Origin: Patescibacteria group bacterium UBA2135
Lineage (GTDB): Bacteria; Patescibacteriota; Minisyncoccia; Phycocordibacterales; UBA2135
Assembly (NCBI GenBank): GCA_002327685.1
Contig: DCXN01000003.1
Coordinates: forward strand, 6,981-70,980
Direction: 5' to 3'
DNA length: 64,000 nt
Below, in pieces: positions 55,582 through 64,000 of this stretch (within the stretch, counting starts at the first letter, position 1; each line of letters opens with the position of its first letter). The notes under the pieces were generated by a model. That model made no database searches. It saw only the letters and a list, made by a program, of their open reading frames with translations, and was not told the DNA's origin. The position numbers were made by a program, and so were the translations under genes.

Positions 55582-55745
55582 TAGTCTTCATTTTACAAGA
55601 TTACCTATTTTTTAAAAGAATCTTTTTACCTCACTGAAGTTTTACAAAAGGATTCCATTGCAGATTAACATACATATCAGTACAAAAAGAAAAAGCCGCG
55701 ACTACCCAAAGCAATCGCGGCTCTACCTGGAGGATTTAAAGCAAA

Positions 55746-56399
55746 TCAACCAAGACATTCCCTAATTCTATTCAACGTCTCTCTACCATCTAAATCACGA
55801 ACGCTTGATGCCGGAATATTTACATGAGCTAATGTACGGTATCGTTCAAGTCGCCTTTTAAGCAAAATTGGATAACACCGCCTTAAGGCGTCCTCTTTGG
55901 ACTCACCTGCGTTCATTGAAAAATGACCGCACCAAATAACAGGTTTTGGATTACTAAAAAATTGCTCTATCATGCAGTCTAGAGAATCATTACCAACGTC
56001 AAGGTGAACTACAAGACAACTCTCGTACAAAACCTGAAGAGTCTCTGCATTAAGATGAACAACACTTCCTGTCGTGTCAAGCACAAGGTTTTTACCGCTT
56101 GTCTGAATTGATGCGCGTCTAGTAAGTTGGTCTTCAGATCTTAAATAACATTTTTCACGCTCTTGATAACCTGTATCAGAAGGATGCCCTAGCCATGAAG
56201 ATATATCTGTCATGGAATGAAAATTAAACATTTCCTGGATTTTTTCATCAACATGATGCCAGGAAAAGCCTAGTTTACAACAAAGCACCTTTGATCTATA
56301 ACTTTTCCCTGCATTTGACATCCCGACGAAAGAAAGTCTCAGGGTTTGCCCAGCAACGTGCGTATCAAACTCGCTCTGCTTCAACTGTCCAATGCTCAT
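55746..56399 (-). CDS. P-loop kinase (shikimate/gluconate-kinase-like fold)
   Basis: Walker A FVGMSNAGKSY, then LVLDTTG. Confidence 0.5.
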   Translation of the reverse strand: MSIGQLKQSEFDTHVAGQTLRLSFVGMSNAGKSYRSKVLCCKLGFSWHHVDEKIQEMFNFHSMTDISSWLGHPSDTGYQEREKCYLRSEDQLTRRASIQTSGKNLVLDTTGSVVHLNAETLQVLYESCLVVHLDVGNDSLDCMIEQFFSNPKPVIWCGHFSMNAGESKEDALRRCYPILLKRRLERYRTLAHVNIPASSVRDLDGRETLNRIRECLG

Positions 56400-56623
56400 A
56401 AATTTCCCCTTATGTACTTTTTACAAGAATTATCTGGAGCAATAGTATCAAAGATATATTTTTTAAGCAACGAAATCACAAGAAGAAATGCTTTTGTTCG
56501 GTTTTTAAATCTGAAATTAAATGTTATCCACACCACACGCTTGCGAATTCTACTGTTTAGACTATCATGTTGTTAATTTGTGTCGATTTATAAAAAATTA
56601 AAAGCTAAACAAGCAATATATTT

Positions 56624-57508
56624 ATGCAAGAAACTACATTGCGGAAAAGTGATTCCGTGCAACATAATGTCTCACAATTTATTGACCCCATTGACCCTAT
56701 TGAATTTGATTCCACCGCAAAGAAATTGCGGTATTTTTTTGCCTCACGAGGCTTTATTGAGGTCCCAACGCAACACCGGCTTTCTATTTTAGCGGCCTGT
56801 GAAGACCCGCAAACTATCGCAACATATTCATATCTTGGCACTAAATGGCCCCTCCCTCAGACCGGACAAATGTGGCTTGAACACGAACTCCTGAGACGGC
56901 CGGATATTCCCGGTCTTTTTTGTATAAGCTACAGCTTTCGCGCCGAACCAAACCCTATTCCCGGGCGGCACAATCTTACATTCCCTATGTTTGAGTTTGA
57001 AGCAAAGGGCGATATGGAAACACTTCGCGAACTTGAGATAGATCTCGTAGAATATTTAGGTTTCGGCGCGCGAGATTCTTTCCACGATGCCGACTACGCT
57101 GAAACAGCAGAACGTTACAATACCAAAGAACTTGAAGCTGAACATGAATTAAAACTTTACGATGAGTATGGTCCTGTCGTACTCCTCAAAGATTTTCCAC
57201 AATACACGTCACCATTTTGGAACATGAAAAAAGAAAGAGATAAGGCGCGAAAAATAGATGTTCTCCTTCACGGCGTTGAAACAATTGGCTCAGCAGAGCG
57301 TGGTACAGACCCTGAAGAAATGCGCGAACTCTTTTATACAATTTCAGATGGCATGTATGCTGACATTCTTTTTTCACAATTCGGCCGCGAGCGAGTTGAA
57401 CATGAATTAGAAGATTTCCTTTCGAATGATTTCTTCCCCCGCTGTGGCGGCGGCATCGGCATGACACGAATAATCCGCGCGCTTAATCTAACAAAAAAAA
57501 CGACTTAG
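56624..57508 (+). CDS. asnA: Aspartate-ammonia ligase (AsnA-like class II aaRS paralog)
   Basis: Class II aaRS catalytic core ending ...FFPRCGGGIGMTRI. 294 aa, the archaeal-type AsnA size. Confidence 0.65.
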   Translation: MQETTLRKSDSVQHNVSQFIDPIDPIEFDSTAKKLRYFFASRGFIEVPTQHRLSILAACEDPQTIATYSYLGTKWPLPQTGQMWLEHELLRRPDIPGLFCISYSFRAEPNPIPGRHNLTFPMFEFEAKGDMETLRELEIDLVEYLGFGARDSFHDADYAETAERYNTKELEAEHELKLYDEYGPVVLLKDFPQYTSPFWNMKKERDKARKIDVLLHGVETIGSAERGTDPEEMRELFYTISDGMYADILFSQFGRERVEHELEDFLSNDFFPRCGGGIGMTRIIRALNLTKKTT

Positions 57509-57581
57509 GAAACAACAGCTAATAAGTAAAAAGCCGGAGTTTACGTCCGGCTTTTGCGCAGTATTAAATTTTTGTACAACA

Positions 57582-58859
57582 TCACTCGGAACTGTCTCGT
57601 AAAAGAGAACGCGCCATCTCAAGTTGCGCGTCATAACTAAACGGACCATTAGGATTCCGAGTGTCTTTAACGACATGATTAGGAGAAATACCAAATCCTT
57701 GAACCGACATTCTTGAATTTCCAACCAGAAACTTAAAAGTTGTAAGAATTAACCCTGAATTGTCGGCAAGCTTAAACAATGTCTGTCCTACACCCTTGCC
57801 AAACGATTTCTCTCCGACAACGAAAAAATTACCACTTGAAATACCCCAGTCTTTTATGGTACCTGCATAAATTTCAGATGCGGAGACACTGTATCCATCA
57901 ATCAAAACAGCAACTTTAAAATCGCTGAATTCTCCTGGAGACTTTCTATCTTCCGCGCTCAAAACTTTTTCTCCAGTCTTCGAGTTAGTAGATATTCCAA
58001 GTGGATTTTCAATCGTACGAACATCTTCCCCGTCTCTGGATTTTATGACAAGCATTACATCTTGTGGATTCGCGCTGAAATAATAAAGCATCTTTAGGGC
58101 TTCCGATAATTTACCACCCAAATTGCCGCGAAGATCGATGATAACGCGCGGATTGAGATTCTCCGCACGAAAAGTTCTAAGCGCAATCTCTAAGTCATCT
58201 GCCGTACCCTTTAAAAATTCACTGACACGCGCATATCCGATTCCATCCTTTAGTTCTTTAAAAAATACGGTTTGTGTTTTAGCTTTAATCCTGACTCTTT
58301 GAATCGCCGGTAATCCAATTATGTCTTCACCTCGCTTAATTGTCATGAAAACTATAGACCCAACTAATCCTCCTAGTTTTTCTGTAGCAATTTCAATATT
58401 AGTGATTTGATAAGATTCTGTCTCACCAGCTTGGCGAATATTCAAAATCTTGTCACCTGTTTGTACACCAGCATACCATGCAGGTGTACCGTCTATCACC
58501 TTCGTTATAATCACTTTTCCATTATCTTCTCTAATCTTTATCCCAATACCAACGAAATATCCACGAATATGAGATAGTTTTTTCTTAAGCTCAACAGGAG
58601 TTAAGAATTCAGAATGCCTATCAAGACATACAGATTCATTCTTTTTGTCTCCATCACCCGAAAGCGAACTTCCTGACAATTCTTTTAAAATGTCATCCTG
58701 GCATTTTGTCCAATCAATGTCATATAAATACCTCTCTTTAACAAGTTTTAAAGCATGTTCAATTACGGTAGCTTCTGTTTTCCAGTCAGCATGCGTACTA
58801 GGAATAGAAACTGTAAATAGAAAAATAAAGACTGCAACAACTTTCAAAGCAGTATTCAT
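57582..58859 (-). CDS. ctpA: S41-family C-terminal processing peptidase
   Basis: Signal peptide, PDZ, S41 catalytic region (...IDGYSVSASE... / ...KSFGKGVGQT). Confidence 0.75.
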   Translation of the reverse strand: MNTALKVVAVFIFLFTVSIPSTHADWKTEATVIEHALKLVKERYLYDIDWTKCQDDILKELSGSSLSGDGDKKNESVCLDRHSEFLTPVELKKKLSHIRGYFVGIGIKIREDNGKVIITKVIDGTPAWYAGVQTGDKILNIRQAGETESYQITNIEIATEKLGGLVGSIVFMTIKRGEDIIGLPAIQRVRIKAKTQTVFFKELKDGIGYARVSEFLKGTADDLEIALRTFRAENLNPRVIIDLRGNLGGKLSEALKMLYYFSANPQDVMLVIKSRDGEDVRTIENPLGISTNSKTGEKVLSAEDRKSPGEFSDFKVAVLIDGYSVSASEIYAGTIKDWGISSGNFFVVGEKSFGKGVGQTLFKLADNSGLILTTFKFLVGNSRMSVQGFGISPNHVVKDTRNPNGPFSYDAQLEMARSLLRDSSE

Positions 58860-58991
58860 CTGTCAAACTCCATCACACTAAACTTCTGTTATTGTTTGTA
58901 TCACACAGAGAGCCAATAAACAAAAACATAATCAGCCTCGGGGCGACTTTTCATTATCGGGATCAAACATTAGTTATGTTACAATCAATTC

Positions 58992-59588
58992 ATGCAAAAA
59001 TATAAAGAACAGACATTTAATACCCCTGACTTAGAAGGACTGTCGACGAAACAGATTGAAATACATCTTAAGTTATACGCCGGATACGTAAATCATGTAA
59101 ATTTAATTAGAGAAAAAATCCACGAACTTGAAGCGGAAAGTAGCGAAAAACATGTATACGCTATTGCCGAGCTTCGCAGGAGATTCAGTTTTGAGTTTAA
59201 TGGAATGCGAATGCACGAATATTATTTTGAACAGTGGGAGAACGGGCCCAAAGTACCTGACGAATCGTCAGCGCTTGGACAAGCGATTTCAGAAAAATAT
59301 GGGAGTTGGGAAAAATTTATTGAACATTTTAGAGCAGTTGGTGCGACACGCGGAGTCGGTTGGACAGTCCTCTACTATGACTCTATTGGCATGACTCCAC
59401 ACACGACATGGGTTGGCGAACACGAACTCGGAGTACTCGCGGGACTCCCTGTTATATTAGCAATGGATATGTGGGAGCACGCATTTATGGTTGATTACAC
59501 TCCAATGGAAAAAAATAAATACATAGACGTATTTTTCACAAACCTCAATTGGAGCATCCCTGAAGAACGATTCAATAAAACACAATAA
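58992..59588 (+). CDS. Fe/Mn superoxide dismutase
   Basis: N-terminal HLKLYAGYVNHVN and C-terminal DMWEHAF metal-ligand motifs. Confidence 0.85.
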   Translation: MQKYKEQTFNTPDLEGLSTKQIEIHLKLYAGYVNHVNLIREKIHELEAESSEKHVYAIAELRRRFSFEFNGMRMHEYYFEQWENGPKVPDESSALGQAISEKYGSWEKFIEHFRAVGATRGVGWTVLYYDSIGMTPHTTWVGEHELGVLAGLPVILAMDMWEHAFMVDYTPMEKNKYIDVFFTNLNWSIPEERFNKTQ

Positions 59589-59610
59589 TCATTGAAAAAT
59601 CCCGTCCCGC

Positions 59611-61098
59611 TTACAACTGGACGGGTTTTTTCTTTACAAGATATAAGAGCGCCAGTCCATAGAGAGCGTAAACAACCACCATCACCCACACAGGAAAAGA
59701 TGGCACAGAAACAGAAGCAAACGGTAAACGTGAAAATATATCTACAATGGTAAGCTCATAACTTAAAAGAGCGTAGGCAATATATGCAAATGGTAACGAC
59801 AAAATAATGTGTACAATGCCAAACACGCCGGTTAAAAATCCGAACAACATAGTAAGTGGAATAAATGCAAGAATAAGAATATTGACAACAACGGCGACAA
59901 TACTAAACTGCCCTGTCATATATAAAAGAAGTGGCAAAACAAAAATCTGTGTTGCAATAGTTGCCGTTGCAAACTCTCTTAATCCAAATTTTTTGGGCAC
60001 AAAAGAAAATATGCCCTGCATATGCGGCGCGAGATAAATCAACCCAACCGTAGCAAGAAAAGAAAGCTGAAACGAAGCGTCAAATATTAAAATTTTGGGA
60101 TTATGCACGAGCATTGCAATACCGGCAATTAAAAGTGCTGTTGTAATAGCGTAAAGTCTCCCTGTTGCTCTCGCGAGAAGTACTAACAACGCCATGATGC
60201 TCGCGCGGACAACAGTCGCCCCTGCTCCTGTCATCAAAGCAAAGCCTACAATTCCAAACACTGAAAGCCCTAGTGCAATACCGCGCGGAGCAAATGAGGC
60301 AAGACGTCCGATCCATTCCGCGACAATAGTTACGTTATACCCCGACAAAACGACTATATGGATAATGCCGACTGCGCGAAATGCTTCAAGAAGTTCTTCT
60401 CCAAGCGATTGCTTTGCTCCGAACACGACACCACCTACAAGTGATGCATGCGGTTCAGGAAGTGTAAGCGAAACGCTTTTAAGAAGCTTATTCTTGATTA
60501 AAAAAAGCTTCTGCGCAAATATATTTCCGCCGCCAACCCCAATTTTTTCAACTTCAGGATAAAACATCTGATAAAAAACATTGTCTTTTTTCAGATACCC
60601 AACATAATCAAACACTCGATCAGAGTCGTCTTGAGCAAAATTTTCCGGCTCATCTAAAATGCCCGACACTCGTACAACATCCCCATATTGAAATTCGGGA
60701 TATTTATCTACCACTAATAAAACATTTACCTTTTCCAGAATCTGTCTATCGGGAAGTATGGCATCAGCGCGTACAGTTAATTTTGTATGTCCCTCTCTAA
60801 CATCCGGCTCACGAACAACAGCGCCCTCCAGCACAATCTGTGTATCAATATGTTCTCCAAGTGGTGGTAAAATGTCTCCGATATCAAAACGAATGGTTCC
60901 AAGAGCAAGCGCGAAAATAAAAATTCCTGCCACAACAAAATAGTGTCGATTGCGTATACTCAAAACCGTAAGAATAAAAAACGTAACAGCAAGAAAGGTT
61001 AAAAAATAAACAAAAGTATCACCAAAATCAAAAAACGAACGAAATGCAATTCCGCCCGTAAAACCAACAAACGCAACAAGAAGCCATTTATTTATCAT
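59611..61098 (-). CDS. comEC: ComEC/Rec2 competence channel protein (DUF4131 plus Competence domains; no attached beta-lactamase domain)
   Basis: Polytopic membrane protein with ...AVGIIHIVVLSGYNVTIVA.... The beta-lactamase-like domain is encoded separately at 52605-53459. Confidence 0.8.
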   Translation of the reverse strand: MINKWLLVAFVGFTGGIAFRSFFDFGDTFVYFLTFLAVTFFILTVLSIRNRHYFVVAGIFIFALALGTIRFDIGDILPPLGEHIDTQIVLEGAVVREPDVREGHTKLTVRADAILPDRQILEKVNVLLVVDKYPEFQYGDVVRVSGILDEPENFAQDDSDRVFDYVGYLKKDNVFYQMFYPEVEKIGVGGGNIFAQKLFLIKNKLLKSVSLTLPEPHASLVGGVVFGAKQSLGEELLEAFRAVGIIHIVVLSGYNVTIVAEWIGRLASFAPRGIALGLSVFGIVGFALMTGAGATVVRASIMALLVLLARATGRLYAITTALLIAGIAMLVHNPKILIFDASFQLSFLATVGLIYLAPHMQGIFSFVPKKFGLREFATATIATQIFVLPLLLYMTGQFSIVAVVVNILILAFIPLTMLFGFLTGVFGIVHIILSLPFAYIAYALLSYELTIVDIFSRLPFASVSVPSFPVWVMVVVYALYGLALLYLVKKKPVQL

Positions 61099-61550
61099 AA
61101 AGACAATGACATATTTTCTTTAGAATTTTCCCCTCTGTCCATCGCGTCATTTGCCAGCTTATCCGCTTTTTTATTTTTCTCGCGCCGCACGTGCGTAAAT
61201 GTAATATTTGGAAAATCAGTAACGCGCATGTTGTTCACCGCAATAAATTGCGAAAACAATGTTTCTTTTTTGACTTGATATTCACCGCGCAATTGTTTGA
61301 CAACAAGCTCACTGTCAGTATGCACTTCAACGGAAGATTTTTGGAGTTTTTCTTTTCCTAAAAATTTTTTCAGATATTGAAGCCCTAAAATAATCGCCTG
61401 ATATTCCGCCCAGTTATTAGTACGCGTACCCAAAAATTGAGATATTTCTTTTAAAACGTTCCCCTGCTCGTCCGCGATAACAACACCCGCGCCAGCAGGC
61501 CCCGGATTCCCCCTCGCACCACCATCTGTATAGATAATAACTTTTGACAT
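61095..61550 (-). CDS. rnhA: Ribonuclease HI
   Basis: MSKVIIYTDGGARGNPGPAGAGVV...EYQAIILGL...VHTDSELVVKQ...NKKADKLAN. Confidence 0.85.
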   Translation of the reverse strand: MSKVIIYTDGGARGNPGPAGAGVVIADEQGNVLKEISQFLGTRTNNWAEYQAIILGLQYLKKFLGKEKLQKSSVEVHTDSELVVKQLRGEYQVKKETLFSQFIAVNNMRVTDFPNITFTHVRREKNKKADKLANDAMDRGENSKENMSLSL

Positions 61551-61677
61551 TTAACATTTAACATTTGACACTCAACCAGTCATTTTTTATTGGTTGATCG
61601 TCAAATATCAGATATTAGATCGTTCCAGAGGTTCAATCTCCAAACAAAACCTCCAAACAAATAATTACATTTTTAGT

Positions 61678-61707
61678 GTATCAGAAATTGGCTCCGCGCA
61701 AAGCGCG
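61678..61707. terminator. Strong GC-rich hairpin (13-bp perfect stem) at the edge of the GC-rich island
   Basis: ATTGGCTCCGCGC-AAA-GCGCGGAGCCAAT. Confidence 0.5.
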
Positions 61708-61758
61708 GAGCCAATAGTAAAGTAGCCAAGTACAAGATTCAAGACCACAATTCTCAGT

Positions 61759-62412
61759 TCAACTCGCTGGGACAATAAACGCAAACACGTTGCCAACATC
61801 CCGCCGGTCGCAAGGCTCAAACCAAGTCGCACTGAGCCAAAGACCATCATCGTGTGGACTCAAGCAGAACACGCTCGGACTGCCCTGGCGATCCTTGATG
61901 GGATTATGGGGAACAATAATATGCCGAAATCCCATTTCCTTCATCTGTCGATCCGAGACGGATTCCAGGATGCGCGGCGCAATACCCGCAAGCGGATTTC
62001 CATAGCCGTACTTTTCTGTTCCCCTCTTGCGCAGGTTGTCGTTCGTGCAGTCGGTATCGCACATGATTTCATCGGTGGGCATGAGCACGATTTGGTACTC
62101 CTGTCCCTCGACGAGCCGATGGTTCTTGTCGTAGCCGTCATGCCTCTTGCTCAAGAGGCACGATCGGGGCCAATCGTCCGTGCAGAATCCGGCGGCAGTA
62201 AGCCGCCTAAGCTCCTCCTTGCCCGTAAGGTCAAGCCCTGTGACCTTAAAGACAAAGTGACCGTGCTCGTTGCGCATGAACGAGAACGGGTTCTTGCGCT
62301 GTGTAAACAGCGCAAGTTCGTCGAGCGTAAGACCTCCATGCTGAACCTTGTGGCACAGGTCAGCAAGAAGACCAGCCAAGCGTTCGCCCGGCAAGGTTCC
62401 GATGTCACCCAT
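61759..62412 (-). CDS. Hypothetical protein encoded in a GC-rich (~57% GC) island
   Basis: Start at the internal ATG with an AGGAGAA RBS. Overlapping ORFs in all frames reflect the high GC. Confidence 0.5.
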   Translation of the reverse strand: MGDIGTLPGERLAGLLADLCHKVQHGGLTLDELALFTQRKNPFSFMRNEHGHFVFKVTGLDLTGKEELRRLTAAGFCTDDWPRSCLLSKRHDGYDKNHRLVEGQEYQIVLMPTDEIMCDTDCTNDNLRKRGTEKYGYGNPLAGIAPRILESVSDRQMKEMGFRHIIVPHNPIKDRQGSPSVFCLSPHDDGLWLSATWFEPCDRRDVGNVFAFIVPAS

Positions 62413-62492
62413 CAGAGTTCTCCTGTTTTGCCAGTGGGCTCTCCGACTACCGGAGTTTGCCATAGCAGAAAACCCTGAGCACAATTGCAAGT

Positions 62493-62532
62493 TCGTTGTT
62501 GTAGGCTTATTCGTGCGAATAAGCCTACAACA
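62493..62532. other. Hairpin with core TTATTCGTGCGAATAA (copy 2), perfect 18-bp stem
   Basis: GTTGTTGTAGGC-TTATTCGTGCGAATAA-GCCTACAACAAC. Confidence 0.55.
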
Positions 62533-62722
62533 ACACAGTCTAAGAGCTTTCTGCTACGGCAAACATATTTCAAAATCTGCGCACACTATACCCTACTTAA
62601 TACCACCTTGTCAAAAACTTTTTTTGCACCGCACGCTAAAATCCCAACAGCAACATAAAATCTATTCTAATATTCTCAAGAATTCAAGAATAGATTCAAG
62701 CTCTTGTTTTACATCCCACGTT

Positions 62723-64000
62723 CTACGTTCTCCTTATATCAACAAGTCGCAACCGCGGCTCACGGCTTCCGCGGAAACCATTACGCTCCATGTGGACCGT
62801 GAGAGTTACCCTCTCTCCTTCTTTGAAATCAGTAAGTTTTTTGTCGGCAAAAAAAGAAATTGCTGAAACGATTTTATCATCATTATTTTTAAAAAGAAAT
62901 GTCATGTGATTTTTTTCTTTTCCGAAAAATTGTATATCGTGAATTTTGATATTTTCAAATAAAAATATTGGTTTAGGATTACCCATACCAAATGGTGCAA
63001 GTTGTTCAACAGCAGAAAGCGTACGCTCATTAACTTCGTCAAGTAAAAGTGTAGTATCAACTGGTTTGTCTTTTTGTTCAGATGTATATTTAGGCACCAA
63101 TTCACGCGCGCGCAAAAGAGCTTCTTCAAACGTATGAATCTTTTCATTATGTATTGTAAAACCACCAGCGCGCTCATGCCCTCCGAAGTCACTAAAAACA
63201 TCTCCTTCAACACCCTGCATGAACTCAACAACATGAATACTGCCATCTGAACGACATGAGCCACGAATAATGGGAGACCCTAATCGTCCCCAAAGAAATA
63301 CCGGTCGTTCAAATTCTTTAGAGAGAGTATTCGCGGCAAGACCAAGCACTCCTGGCTGCCAATTAGGATTACCGGCCACAATAATTTCTTTTATTTCATC
63401 CCTGTTTATCTTTTTTCTTGCTTCTTTTACAATACCCGCAACCACACCTTTCCTTTTATCATTCAAACGATTCAATTGTTTAAGCGTTTCCAGCGCCGCC
63501 GTCTCGTCACGTTCAGAAAGAAAATTAAACCCTAAAACAGGGTCATCCATCCTGCTTGCGGCATTAATACGTGGGCCAATCACAAACCCAATGTCATCTT
63601 CAGTTAAAAATCTCTGATTAATATACAAATTTCTGAACAAGCGCATGAGACCGGGACGAGGACTCTTGCGAAGCACTTTAAGCCCAAAGTGAGCAAGTAC
63701 TCTATTCTCTCCAACAAGTGGAACCATGTCCGAGACAGTTGCAATGGCAACCATGTCCAAAAGCCACTTCTCCCAACCATCATGGATATCAAAAATTTCC
63801 TTTTCTTTTCCTTTCTGTATCACGCCTTGAAGAAATTTAAACGCGACACCACATCCGCATAATTCTTTAAATGGATACTCATCCCCTTTTTGATGAGGAT
63901 TTAATATCGCATATGCTTTTGGAAGATCTTCGGAAACTTCACCTGCTTTATCACGAGGCAAATGGTGGTCAGTTATAATTACATCAATATCCAAAGTACG
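62723..64000 (-). CDS. recJ: Single-stranded-DNA-specific exonuclease RecJ (N-terminally truncated by the window end)
   Basis: DHH motif (VIITDHH), DHHA1 (GGHERAGGF), and a C-terminal OB-fold region. RecJ is normally longer, so the gene probably continues past 64000. Confidence 0.75.
   Translation of the reverse strand, partial: RTLDIDVIITDHHLPRDKAGEVSEDLPKAYAILNPHQKGDEYPFKELCGCGVAFKFLQGVIQKGKEKEIFDIHDGWEKWLLDMVAIATVSDMVPLVGENRVLAHFGLKVLRKSPRPGLMRLFRNLYINQRFLTEDDIGFVIGPRINAASRMDDPVLGFNFLSERDETAALETLKQLNRLNDKRKGVVAGIVKEARKKINRDEIKEIIVAGNPNWQPGVLGLAANTLSKEFERPVFLWGRLGSPIIRGSCRSDGSIHVVEFMQGVEGDVFSDFGGHERAGGFTIHNEKIHTFEEALLRARELVPKYTSEQKDKPVDTTLLLDEVNERTLSAVEQLAPFGMGNPKPIFLFENIKIHDIQFFGKEKNHMTFLFKNNDDKIVSAISFFADKKLTDFKEGERVTLTVHMERNGFRGSREPRLRLVDIRRT

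Overview
This is an AT-rich (~40% GC), gene-dense bacterial fragment. Nearly all genes are short and on the minus strand, which fits a reduced genome such as a Candidate Phyla Radiation/Patescibacteria-like organism; that placement is inferred from gene content only.

Recognisable core genes: rplJ-rplL, an rpsF-ssb-rpsR cluster, ftsK, recA, metG, glyQS (single-chain class II glycyl-tRNA synthetase), htrA, tatD, M16 and S41 peptidases, an ABC-F ATPase, Fe/Mn superoxide dismutase, an AsnA-like aspartate-ammonia ligase, comEC, rnhA, and a recJ gene truncated at the window edge. There are several very large secreted or surface proteins with peptidoglycan-binding-like, Ig-like, lamin-tail and leucine-rich repeat domains.

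The accessory content I think matters most:
- A REP/RAYT system: an IS200-like tyrosine (HUH) transposase at 16055-16891, flanked by REP-like palindromic elements. About 10 copies of a ~66-bp REP (two arms built on the palindrome AAGGCCCGGCCTT) sit in intergenic gaps, mostly in the first 21 kb. A second, related family occurs in multi-unit arrays.
- A small GIY-YIG nuclease gene bounded by 24-bp terminal inverted repeats. The same inverted repeats bound a non-coding family-2 element elsewhere.
- Candidate toxin-antitoxin modules: an AbiE-like or nucleotidyltransferase-type wHTH plus minimal nucleotidyltransferase pair, HicAB, and RelBE. The RelBE cassette sits inside a 125-bp duplication of the 5' end of a metallo-beta-lactamase (ComEC C-domain-like) gene.
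- A GC-rich island near 61.7-62.5 kb flanked by strong hairpins.
- Identical 5' leader sequences duplicated upstream of unrelated neighbouring genes.
- Several long ORF-free regions that may carry structured RNAs (39.3-39.8 kb, 51.4-52.1 kb, 19.86-20.07 kb).

I could not validate any tRNA or rRNA. Printed positions disagreed with the ORF track by 1 nt in one region (around 34.7-34.9 kb) when hand-counted, so hand-derived non-CDS coordinates elsewhere may be off by 1-2 nt.
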